From assembly GCA_012295275.1 (NCBI GenBank), contig CM022671.1, positions 27,900,001-27,964,000 on the forward strand: 64,000 nucleotides of DNA, written 5' to 3'. A model generated the notes under the pieces. It was not told where the DNA came from. It did no database searches and was given only the letters and a program-made list of their open reading frames with translations. Origin of the DNA: Chrysomallon squamiferum. Its lineage: Eukaryota; Animalia; Mollusca. Positions 42,288-54,104 of the stretch are shown piece after piece. Both the position numbers and the translations under genes were made by a program. Position 1 is the stretch's first letter, and each line of letters opens with the position of its first letter.

Positions 42288-44172
42288 AGCATCTGTAATG
42301 CTGTGAAACCCAGATAACAGTTTATATTCGAAGCACAGTTTTATAGCTTTGTTTATTGCCGGTCAATGTGTCTTTTATACCGCATTTTGTAATGTTCGTA
42401 AATTTGTTTGTCAAAGTAAATGTTTATATGTAGTTACATTCCTGGTTGGAAAGATATAATATCCATTAAAAAAACCTATAAAAACAGGAAAGTACAGGGT
42501 ACTTGTATTAGGAGATTGTTTTGTTAGTATGTTAGTGTCTTAGATCATTAATTGTTAAAAAATCTGAGTTACAGCTTTCCCGGCAGATTTAGATGTAAGC
42601 AGGCATCTACAAGAGTTTTTATACATCTGACTGAACTGATACAACATCGAGTACAGTCGCACTAAAAATAACGGTTCTGTAACCGATATTAATCAAGACA
42701 TTTGATAGTTAATAAGTGACTGGTTGAGATTAGTTCAAAACTCGTAAAGATGATCTTACACTTTTCTGCTTACGCGCTGATTATCAGAGGCAGATTCAAG
42801 ATTTGAGATAAAAAACAACAAAAATAACCGTAACTTTCAAGACGATGCGAGTTTCATTACAAATAATAAAATATACAGCAGTCGACAAAAAGAAAAAGAA
42901 AATACAATTACTAGGAGCAGGTCTCTTTCTAACCATTATAATGCTTTATTTATTATATCATTTATTTACAATTTTCTTATCTCATGAACATCCAGTCAAA
43001 GTGTGTGTCTTGGGTCACTGAGAAGCGGAGCTGCTGAGCCTCTCTGACGTGAAAATAGCTCAGAAACATTCTGTTTGGATCTTGAGCTGAAGTGATCTAA
43101 AAGAAAAAAAAAAAAAGAAGGGAGTCTAAGATTCCAATGGCTTTGCAGACCAGTGACTGTTAATTAAAAGTTTGTGCTATATTTACACACTCTCTGCGTT
43201 CCTGGTTTTCTGTATACGTCTGCTGCTTGCACCTGACCTCCACCTCGCCACGTTTCCTCACAGATGTTACATTGGTGATTGAATTATTGCTTCACTTGTC
43301 CAAAGTAAACAGCTCAAACTGTTTTTAAGCTGACAATGTGGCTGTCGCGTACGCGGGCGAGAAACAGATCTAAGAATAACGTTGTGAACAGCATGTTCGT
43401 TTAAATTAATGTCACACCCATCTGTAACGTGCATGACGTCAATATAACATTCATGCAAACCTCTGGTTTCTAACCTTTTTTCATACCGCGACCGCTTATG
43501 AGCAACTCAATATGACCGATGACGCCGTTTAAAAAAATTTGATTCAATAATATCTAGGGTTACAATATTTTCATCAAAAGACAGTACAAAAGGAATCTAT
43601 ATTCACTATGACGGGTCCCAAACCTATCTAAACGTTTTTATTTATTCCTCCTTCCAAGTCAAGTTGAAACAAACTAAAACATACCCTCGCTCAAGAACGA
43701 TCTCGCGACCCCCAGGTTGAAAACCCATGAAGTAAAGGATGCAGTTAAGGCAACAACGACGACGATGATGATAACATCCATAAATGATATACAACGTCCG
43801 CGAAGTCGATATAACGTCAGCGTAAGGAATGTTACAAAATGCAACAAGGACGAGGTTGTTGACGTAATATCATTATCATATACATGCAACGATGGTGCTG
43901 ACATAACATCCGCTAACAGAATTCAATAAAGGGAGAATCGACGGGTTTTATTGTTGTGATATCCATATAAATCATACAGCTATGCTAGGTTACGACGATG
44001 TGATTGATGTCACCAATACCCATCACAAAAGTTATGAACAATAAATGGCCATAAGAAAGAAAAACAAAGGTCTGATTATGATAATAGAATGTTTTCATTA
44101 TTAAATACAGCTCGTCACTAATCAGACTATGTAAGAGATAACAAAGGCAGATTTTCTGTTTTATATCTGTTT

Positions 44173-44187
44173 CCAGTAGGGGGCGCT
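44173..44187 (+). promoter_or_regulatory. CTCF consensus site
   Basis: CCAGTAGGGGGCGCT matches the CCASYAGRKGGCRS core at every position, in a roughly 30% GC background. Confidence 0.7.
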
Positions 44188-44898
44188 GTTTGTTACACGG
44201 CAGTCCGTACTCGCTATCTTAGTTTGCACCGATACCAGCCAATGCCGCCCTGCAACTGTAATCTATTTTTAGAACAAAGGTAGACATACTGCCAGTGGCC
44301 ATAAGCGGCGAAATGGATATTACGGTGTGGCGAAGTTGTGTTTGCAACATTAGTTTTACTTTTAACGATCACAAATTCCTATTATGGTGGTTATTCTAGC
44401 TGTAACTTTTTATATTGGTCTGTTTGATCGTAAACATTGTTTGAGTCACTATTTGTCATCATCATTATCGTCATCATCAACAACATTATTATTATTGTTA
44501 TTATTATTATTATTTTATAAACTGTTATGTGTATTGGATAGTCTACTAAGTTGTCCATTCCCATATTTTATATCAATTCTTCTTCTTCTTCTTCTATTTT
44601 ATATGTACGTCTTTGTATTTTGATGTCACTTTGATCCCTGCCATAAACAAGTGCAATACAGCTTTTGTGTATCTGTATGTAGATCACGGAATTAAACGAA
44701 CTTTAAAATATTAGTCTGTTTTTGTTTGCTTGGTGTTGTTTTTTGTTTTTGTTTTTGTTTTGTTTGTTTTTTCCCATATTACTGCTGAGTGGGATAGTTG
44801 GGTTTTTTTTTTTTTATTTTTTATTATTTTTTATTTCTTTGATCTCGCAGTTTTATTATTATTTTTTTAAATTATATTTATTATTTTTTTCTTTCTAA

Positions 44899-44931
<33 letters not shown>

Positions 44932-46481
44932 TTATTTCAGTATTTCTTTTTAATATGAGAGGTACGTTTGTTAGTTGAAACTAACGGTATCATATTTTAC
45001 GATCTAAGATGTCCCTCGACCTCCAGTGCACCGGCGTTGGTTAAATTAGACGCGGATATTTATGTAACATTCTTATTCGTAAAAAATTTCACATTTGTAA
45101 TCATTTCTGTAAATATTAGCGTTATCTGCCCTCTCCATTGTTTTCTTGGTATTTCTTGTCAGCTGTCGATTTTATCAAACCTCTAAACATGTGCAAGTCA
45201 CGTGCTCTTGCTAAATATACCTCCAAACTGAGGCCGGCGACACGTGTAATCCAAGATGGCGTCACTGCGCTAACGATTCCCTATATTCAGTACCGAATGA
45301 CGTCAGTAAGGATTTTTCTTGGATGATGGAATATGTCAGAGTTGAACACAAGACAAATCTCGAGGAGTATGGCATATTTTTACTTACATTTGCTTTTGTC
45401 TTGTTCTTGCCGGTAAATGTCAAATCTAGTCGCTTGTGAGATACGAACAGAACTCGAGCCATTAAGTTATCTTGAGCAGCACCAAAGTATTCTTTGTGCA
45501 GGAAATACCAGTACATCACGAAGTTCATTATCTAACAGTAGGTCAGTAGGAACTGCCGACCACTGAGGACTCAACGCTCAAAATCGACCATTTCTTAATG
45601 TGTCGACTTTATAAATGAACGACTCGACAATAAACTTGAGATCATAATAACCTAACTAACTACATTTACCTTTTAAATGCTTCAGCTTACTAACAGTCCA
45701 CATAAGGAATTGTTACTACATTGTTTAAACTCTGGAAATCAAAAATTAATTTGTTTAGAGAGAGTGTAATAAAGTATATAGGTGTATGCATGTATGTTTG
45801 ATTCAAACATTCATTCATGGATGCTAATTGTATGTATATCACACACACACGTATTTAAAAACAAAAAAAAATATATATATATATAAAAATGCAACGAAAT
45901 GAAGTGGAAAAAATGCAGAAAGTAAATAATTATAGTTCCTTCGTACCTTATTAAAACAGTTAACGAAATATTTAAGTATGTTTTTACGAAGGTGTTATGT
46001 TCAAGAAAAAAAGTTAATTCAAACGACTCTTCACATACAAGCTGCGTTAAGAATGAGATTATCTTTCATGTTCAGGAACACACTAATAACATCTACTTTA
46101 TATTTTATACAGCCAACAGGAATAAGAGCTCTTGGCTTTTTTTGGCACCACTGCGTATTTACACCAAATTCATTAAAAGTGTAAAACGGCCATGGAGGCC
46201 GCTTAATTGCGTTTCTTTACATTTAGAAAAAAAAAACCACTTTGACTTCAAAGAGCAGACTGATTCCTGCAAGAGATGCAACGTGACTGAAATATGTTTT
46301 TCGATACAGGAACAGTCAAATTGTTGACAAATTGTTCATTTAATGAACGCCTTGCAAGCTTCATATACATAGAAGCAACAAAAAAAAAAAAAAAAAAATA
46401 AATAAAAAAAGATAATAAAAATAAAAAATAAAAAATAAAAAAAAAATAAATAAAAAAAATAAAAAATTAAAAATAAATAAA

Positions 46482-46546
<65 letters not shown>

Positions 46547-46560
46547 ATAATAATAATAAT
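46482..46560. repeat. (TAC)n-(TAA)n compound trinucleotide microsatellite
   Basis: A tactactac... run switching to taataa. Confidence 0.95.
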
Positions 46561-46742
46561 AAATTCGAAAAATAAATGATATATGGACTTGCAAAATCAG
46601 TCCTCTGAAGTAATGTTATTATTTATCTTGGTTTTCTTTGATAAAAAGGAAAGAGTAAATGAAAAATAGAAAAAGGTTGATGGGAAAAAGATGCAAAGGT
46701 CGAGAGAGAAGGAACGAGTGAGGGGAACTGAAAAAGGTTGGT

Positions 46743-46747
<5 letters not shown>

Positions 46748-46813
<66 letters not shown>
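46748..46813. repeat. (AG)n microsatellite
   Basis: Perfect dinucleotide run. Confidence 0.98.
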
Positions 46814-46816
<3 letters not shown>

Positions 46817-47487
46817 GGGGATAAGACATGGGAAAAAAGATAATAAAATTATATATATATATCGTGTTGCGTTCAGCGCCGACGAAAGTTCCAGGCGTCT
46901 ATTTCTGTTCGGTTCTTTACGTAAATTCGACCTTTTTGCACGCACGAGGTTAGCCTCTGACAGTTAATTCTAAACATTTATTCTGCATCAACGGAAAGAA
47001 CGGTAAACTTCGCAATAAAACTATATCTGGTATGTAACACCTTCTGCGAAAATCCTATTTGGTCTCGAAGTTTTTGCGAAAATTCAATTAGTATACGTTA
47101 CCCGAATTCCGTGTGTCTTAGGCAGTGCACCGACTTTAGCCGATTCGCGCTACACTAGAAGTCACTTTGGAAAGGTCGAAAGAAGAACGTTAGATAAAAA
47201 CAGGTCAATAAACCTTCATGCCTGATTGTCTTGTGTTGTCATGACAACCATTCTTTTATGTTCTCGCCTCCCCAAAAACACCGTTTTCAAAGCTCTTGCG
47301 ATGTCAGCAGGAAATGACATCACGGAAGAGAGAAATGGTTGAATTGGCAATTTCATAATGATTAATCTCGCAAAAGTGAGTGAAGTAATAGCAGTAGCCA
47401 CCAAAGCGCAGACTGGTCTAATTAATAAGTCCTAATGCAGTTTGTTGTGGGTTTCTTTCTTCTTCTTCTTCTTCTTTTTTTTTTTTT

Positions 47488-47533
<46 letters not shown>

Positions 47534-47722
47534 GATAATAAAAAAAGAAATCAATTTTAAATCTAAAAATCGGAATATATTTACATTTTTGGGTTTCTTT
47601 CTTTCTTTTTTTTTTTTTTTTTCAGATCGATCAATGAAAACATAAGAAGGAAATAAAAAAAGGTATTATTAGTTACTATTTAGTCAAAGTTTTACCTATT
47701 TAGATCATACGTATACTTTTTA

Positions 47723-47726
<4 letters not shown>

Positions 47727-47798
<72 letters not shown>
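47727..47798. repeat. (TC)n microsatellite
   Basis: Perfect dinucleotide run. Confidence 0.98.
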
Positions 47799-47800
<2 letters not shown>

Positions 47801-49764
47801 GACGCTCCCTTTTAAATCAGTACAGACATTTCTAAAATGCATTATTGCAAAGAAACAGTAGGCCTGTATACCCATTGTTCTGTTCTAAAACATCACTTTT
47901 TACAAAACTGATTAGTCGAAGAAAATGCTGAATGGATGCAAAAGCATAATGTTGGCCGTTTTACGGCGTGTGCTACTTTTTATTATGATTTTTATCATCC
48001 TGCTTGTGAATGACTGACGTTTCTTACATTTTATTATTTCTAAAAGAAGCGGTAGGTCTGCCTGTATCTTGATTAATCTCCGACCTTGTTAACGCTTTAA
48101 CATTTTAAAATGAATCATGGAACTGAACATTCACTGCGATACTGACATCTCTTTGTAATAAGGCAGAATTCAAATAACAAAAAGAAAAAAATAAGAAAGA
48201 AAAAAATTGTTTCTAACACTTTCGTTAAGATGGATGCATCGCGCGCGTATCTGCAAAAGGCGCCACTTTTTGTGTACAACACAAGCGACTCGCGGATTCC
48301 CAGAATGTAATTGGTTCTCAGTACACCTGTCGATGAAAGAATCCGTGACGTCACCGCAGCTCTTCAGGGATATCCGATATGGCAGACGAAAATACTATAG
48401 CTTCGTGGTATCTCCCTCGACTTCGGCCTAGCGTACAAACAATGTCAGGATTTCCGTTTTGTCTTTCAAACACTAAGAGCAAGTTGTCCGCTTCAACCGA
48501 GTTCGTTGCCGCTGAAATAAATATAATCGTTACACAGAAACTACAGGTAAAATGATCAAAAATAAAGAATCCACTAGGATCGGCTCATTTAATTGTATCA
48601 GTTAATTATGATTGGTTTTTTTATATATAATTTAGCTCATTAATTATAAGTAAACTAAAATAGCTGAATGAGCTATCAAATGTCTGCTGTCGCCATTTGC
48701 AAAAAGAACAACGAACCGCTTGTACTAAATTTATGTAAGAACAAAATAAATGCATGTACATCACCTCAGCTTAAATTGTTTTGGTTTTGGTGTTTTATTA
48801 TTATTATTATTATTATTATATTGTTGTTGTTGTTGTTTGGGGCAAGGCGTTTGTGTTTTTCTTTCTCTTTTTATGTTTGTTTTGTTTTGTTCAACTTCTT
48901 GCATTCGACATAATGGTATCATCAAAATCGGGTCTGTTTGAACCTATCTCGTACATTAGTCACCGTGACATCATCATTTTTGTTTTTCTTTCTTTTAAAA
49001 AATCATTACAAAGAATAATAAGACAAAAATGTAATAGTTTGTAATTTAAAATTCAGAATAACAAACTGAAGATGATATGTAGAAATACTTCAGTCATATG
49101 GATTCTCTTCTGTTTAGTTACAGTAAATGAATAAGATGTATAGTATTAGTATTAGTAGTAGTAGCAATAATAATATCAGCAGTCGCAGCAGCAGCAGCAG
49201 TGGTTGTAGTAGTAGTAGTAACAAATGTAGAAGTAGCAGCAACAGTAATAGTACTAGAAGTAGTGAAACTATTACTAGCTTTTAGTATTATTGTGACTGA
49301 TAATGGAGATTTCATATTTTTTTCTTTATTTCTTTTCTTTGTTTGTATGTTTGTTATTATTGTTTTGTTGTTGCTGTTGAGGATACTTACTGTCCAAATG
49401 GTAAGAAGAGGATTCCGTTTATTGCTCTAAAATTCTGGGACTTTTTAGACACGAAACATATTTGCAGTTGTTTTGCTCGTGCAAGTAAATATTTAAAATT
49501 TTAGATATGCACACATTCGGGATATTTTCTGTCTAAACACAACGCACTAAGTTTGTGTGCGGAACTGCAGACTGTTATCGCGGTGCAGAGAATGTGCAAA
49601 CAAGCAAGCCCAAACAAAAACCTCATGTGCGCATCTTGGCAGAGATCACAGAAAACAAAAGTTAAATATACACTGCACATTCCGCACACTCGGTGATACT
49701 GATATTATCTTCTTTTTAATGGTTGGGGGAAAAAAAGAGGATGAAAAATGAGAAGGATATCAAA

Positions 49765-50052
49765 ACATACACAACCACACAAACATACATACATGCAAAC
49801 ACACAAACACACACACACACATATACATACAAACATACATACATGCAAACATATATACATACTTACACACTTACATATATAAAAATAAATATATATATAT
49901 ATATCCACATACATATACACACATACACATACATACATAAACACACGCACACATACAAAGACATATACATGCATACATGCTCACATACATACATACATAC
50001 ATACACATATACATACATACATACATACATACACATATACATACATACATAC
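49765..50052. repeat. Degenerate (CATA/CA/TA)n compound repeat
   Basis: Alternating purine-pyrimidine tract. Similar tracts lie at about 40910-41120 and 50965-51160. Confidence 0.9.
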
Positions 50053-51098
50053 AGGACGTTTAATGTATCTCGGTTACACGTTTGAATCGGATGAAACTTT
50101 CGGTGCAGTTTTTCTTTCTTTTTACTCTCTTTCTCTCTCCTTAATCTTCGTTTTTACTCTCATTTTTAATATTTTCGTTTAAATTCATTAATTATCATTT
50201 TTTAATCGATTTAAAAAGCAATAATAAAATAATAAAAAAATCATTAATAATAGTTTTTAGCCATATTCATGTTGATCGAACTGTACATTAAAACACAAAC
50301 TGCACTGTTAAAAATTATTTTCTTACATATTATAATCAATCCTTTCTCAATCGCTCTTTTCCAAATGTTTGAAAGACTGTTATGCAGTGTAATCTGCGAT
50401 ACGAGATAACCGCAGTGTTGAATCTGAAAGTAAAACGACATGTAAGCTTTTGGCAAGATCCTAGCGGCCTTAGGAAGGATCCTTCGTTTGTTACCTCTCT
50501 GTTGTCTTTGTTATTTGTGCACATTCATCTGCATCTACAGTATGAAAGATCGTGGCATTCACTTTTTGTTAGTGCATTGATTTATATTCTTTTCATCGGA
50601 TTAAAAAAACGTCATCTAATATTTTATCACAAGCAATTATTCAGGAAAACATTTAATTTGGATTTTATGTAGATTTTATGATTTTAAATCAAACAGATTT
50701 TATTAACTATTAATATATATTTTTATTTATTTTATTATTATTACTTTTTTTATTTATTTATTTAATGCAAGCCATTAACATACACTTTTTTCAAAATTAT
50801 ATAGAGTATTAACGTGTAATAGCTTTAATATAATGATGATTTCGATCAAAAGTTTTTTGTTTTTATGAAGAATGTAAAATATTAAACATGCATAACTTTT
50901 TTTCATTTTTTTTTTATGAATTGTTTTCTCTCGTTTGCATAAACACATATAAGATTAATTATGAATGTGTGTTAGTGCGTATGTATTATGTATGTCAGTA
51001 TGTACGTACGTGTGTGTGCATGTATATATGTTCGTATATATGTGTGTATGTGTATATATGTAGGTACGTATGCTTGCGTGCGTATATATGTATCTGTA

Positions 51099-51139
<41 letters not shown>

Positions 51140-53967
51140 GCACGCACACACACACACAAACGTATCAGTATTTTATATTTATAAATGATACATAATTATG
51201 TTTGACATCTTGGCTGCCTTGTACAGATCAAACTGATTTAACTAAAATATCACATTCACGCCATAACAAATAGCGGAACAATCAGCAGTTAGCTGTGTAA
51301 TTTTAGACATCTTAAAATCACTTGCCTGCATTATTTGAGTTATAAAACAAAAAAAAAAAAGTAAAAAAAAAAGAAAGAAATGTAAACCAAAATAAAATCC
51401 CAACAAAATAAATCCCACGAAACAAACTCCAGGTATTTGGCTGCACTGTTCATTAAGAATCCGTTTTAGAAACGTTTCAGTTTACTTACAGTTAAGTATT
51501 TGGCGCCACAGGTATGGTTTACGTAAACAGCCGAAAACTGACGTTGATTTGCACAATGGGTAAATAAACTAAACAGATGCTGTCTAGTTTACTGCTCTTT
51601 AATTTAACCCAGTCTGCTTTATATTATTAAATTAGTGTCAGTCATGAATAAGATACTTTGCAATCAGATTTAAAAAATAAAAAATAAAAATAAAAATTCA
51701 TTAGAGACATCAACAGCAAGAACAGCAATAAAATTATAATATCAAAATGGAACTCTCATTTTGTGTGTGTGGATGTGCGTGTGTGTGTTTCAATGAAAAA
51801 AGATGCATGCTTTTTTCTCCCTCTTTTTGCTTTTAAAATTGGTACATACTGCACAAAGATCGTCATATTTTATTTAAACAAAAATATATATTTCTTTAAA
51901 TCTGTAAATGTTGTATTTTCGGTTAAGTAAATAAATAAAAAAAAAAAAAAAAAAAAAAACTTTCCTCTCCTTCTGAGTTAAAGTAAGAATATATATTTGT
52001 ACATTTATTGATTTTGTAATTCATTACACCGAAAATGTCGATGTTTAGCGAAAACTCACGAGAATATCCGAGTTGCAAACGACACGACTGATTGCTCTCG
52101 CTGTCTGTTCTGATAATAGTTTGGCGCTAGTTCTGAAGCGGAGGTGTTTTGCAGACGATTCACGCCTATATTGTTTTTATGAATATAACCTGCTGTGAAA
52201 GTAACTTGTAATAAGCTCATTAGGTTAGCTCTCAGTTCGTTATCATTAAATATTGACTGGTTTTTTGTTTGTATTTTTCTTCTTCTTCGTCTTTTTATTT
52301 ATTTATTTTTTTTTTTTTAATTACCTGTTTCTTTTTGTTTATTTAATCAATTTTTCTTTTTTTTTTTTCCTTCATTGTTTTTCTTCATAATATTACTGTT
52401 ACAAATTCAATTCTTTTGGCCAATTAATATACTGACGTGGTTCAGAATACAATAATAAATAAATAATTAAAATAAAATATTTAATATATAAATGATGAAG
52501 GGAAATAATTTATGTATGATAATTACATCGTAACAACAGAACTCACTGCATCCGCCAGACACAAAATCTTAACTAAATAAATGCAAAATAAAGCTGCATT
52601 TGAAAAAGAAAAAAAAAAAAGAAATAGTTTATTTATTATTAATAACACTGTATTAAAAATAGTTTTATCACGCAACTGCACAAAGAAATGGTTGAAATCA
52701 TTTCAGTCCAAAAAGGAAAGAAAGCACATAAAATTAATATCTAAGAAAAAAAAAAAAAAAAAAAAAAGAGCAATACTTGGTGCCTGAATGGTTTTCTTTC
52801 TTAAACTCTAGCGCCACTGTAGTTATAATTAAACAGCCAATTAAAGAATATTTACTGAAGTTAGATAAGAAATATAGTTTAAAAAGTATTTCCTCATGCT
52901 TTTGACCGTTGTTAAGGCAATAAACTGTTCAACAAATTATTTATTAAAGGTACAGAAAGAGTGAGTTAGGCAGGCAATTGGACGGATTAACCAATCTTCC
53001 TCGCAAACTGTCTCTAAACATTAATTTATATTCGTAATTGGTATGATGGTGTTAATTGTCAGCTGAATATTTTTTTCAGCAGGCTCAATGTTGTTGGAAA
53101 AATTATGAGATCATTTAGCTTCGCCGATAGTCATTCACTAAAGTTCAAGGCTAGGTAAGTGTATATTATTATGCCAGAAAGTATTTTTTTAAATTATTAT
53201 TTCCCACTGTGAAAGACGATGCTGAAATAGCCAATTCGTAATCCAGACTGAAGTTAATGGGGTGAGACTGATTTAACTTCAGTCAGGAATCAGCAGCTGT
53301 TTTATGTCAGTTTTTTTAAATGTAACTGTTCGGTCGTTATCTTAAAATACAGAAGTGTTGCAAATAAATCTATCAGTAAAGAGCAACTATCACAAAAGAA
53401 AAAAGATGCACACATAATTTGAGCTAGTTTGTTGTAAACGATTTCACAGTGGGTTAGTAAGAAATTGGCTTTCGGAATATTATTAACGAAGGAAGATGAC
53501 TTTGATTTATTAAGAAGAGAAATGTGGCTAATGCATATAACATATCCAATAACAATACTCCTTTCAGTTATTATTATTGTTCAGATAAACATAATATTCT
53601 TGAAATAAACCGAAACCCACTGACCGATGACAAATCTGTTCCACTGTGATAAAGACTGCAACTTGAAAATACCAAAAGGAGACGCGTTTCTATATTAACG
53701 AGCGCCTGCAGGTGAAGGGAGGATACTTAATCTTCAACATTTTCGCTGCACGAGGTGATAGAAATAAGTGCCATTGCGTCATTCCACGCAATGATATACA
53801 CGTGATAGCTAGCTGCCTGCAACAATACGTTTTTTCTTTCGTTTTTTTTTTTTTTTTTTTCGTTTCAATTTTTTTTTTCTTCTTTTTTTGTATGTTTTCT
53901 TTTGCAAGCAGAATGAATTTGTTCAAAACTGGAAAGATAGTATTGTCCATTGTCTGTCAGTTTTATG

Positions 53968-54004
<37 letters not shown>

Positions 54005-54073
54005 TCACTATTCTTTTCTTTGTATTTATTTATTTATTTATTTTATTATTATTTTTTTTTCTGTTTTATTTCA

Positions 54074-54104
<31 letters not shown>

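Noticed and set aside
43674-43929. Overlapping 70-76-aa ORFs on both strands
   Set aside because: Built partly on decayed (GAT/GAC)n repeats; no homology recognised.
20828-51490. Several minus-strand GTAAGT donors (e.g. near 20833, 25520, 26969, 45387, 51488)
   Set aside because: This hexamer is expected many times by chance in AT-rich DNA, and no matching exon evidence was found.
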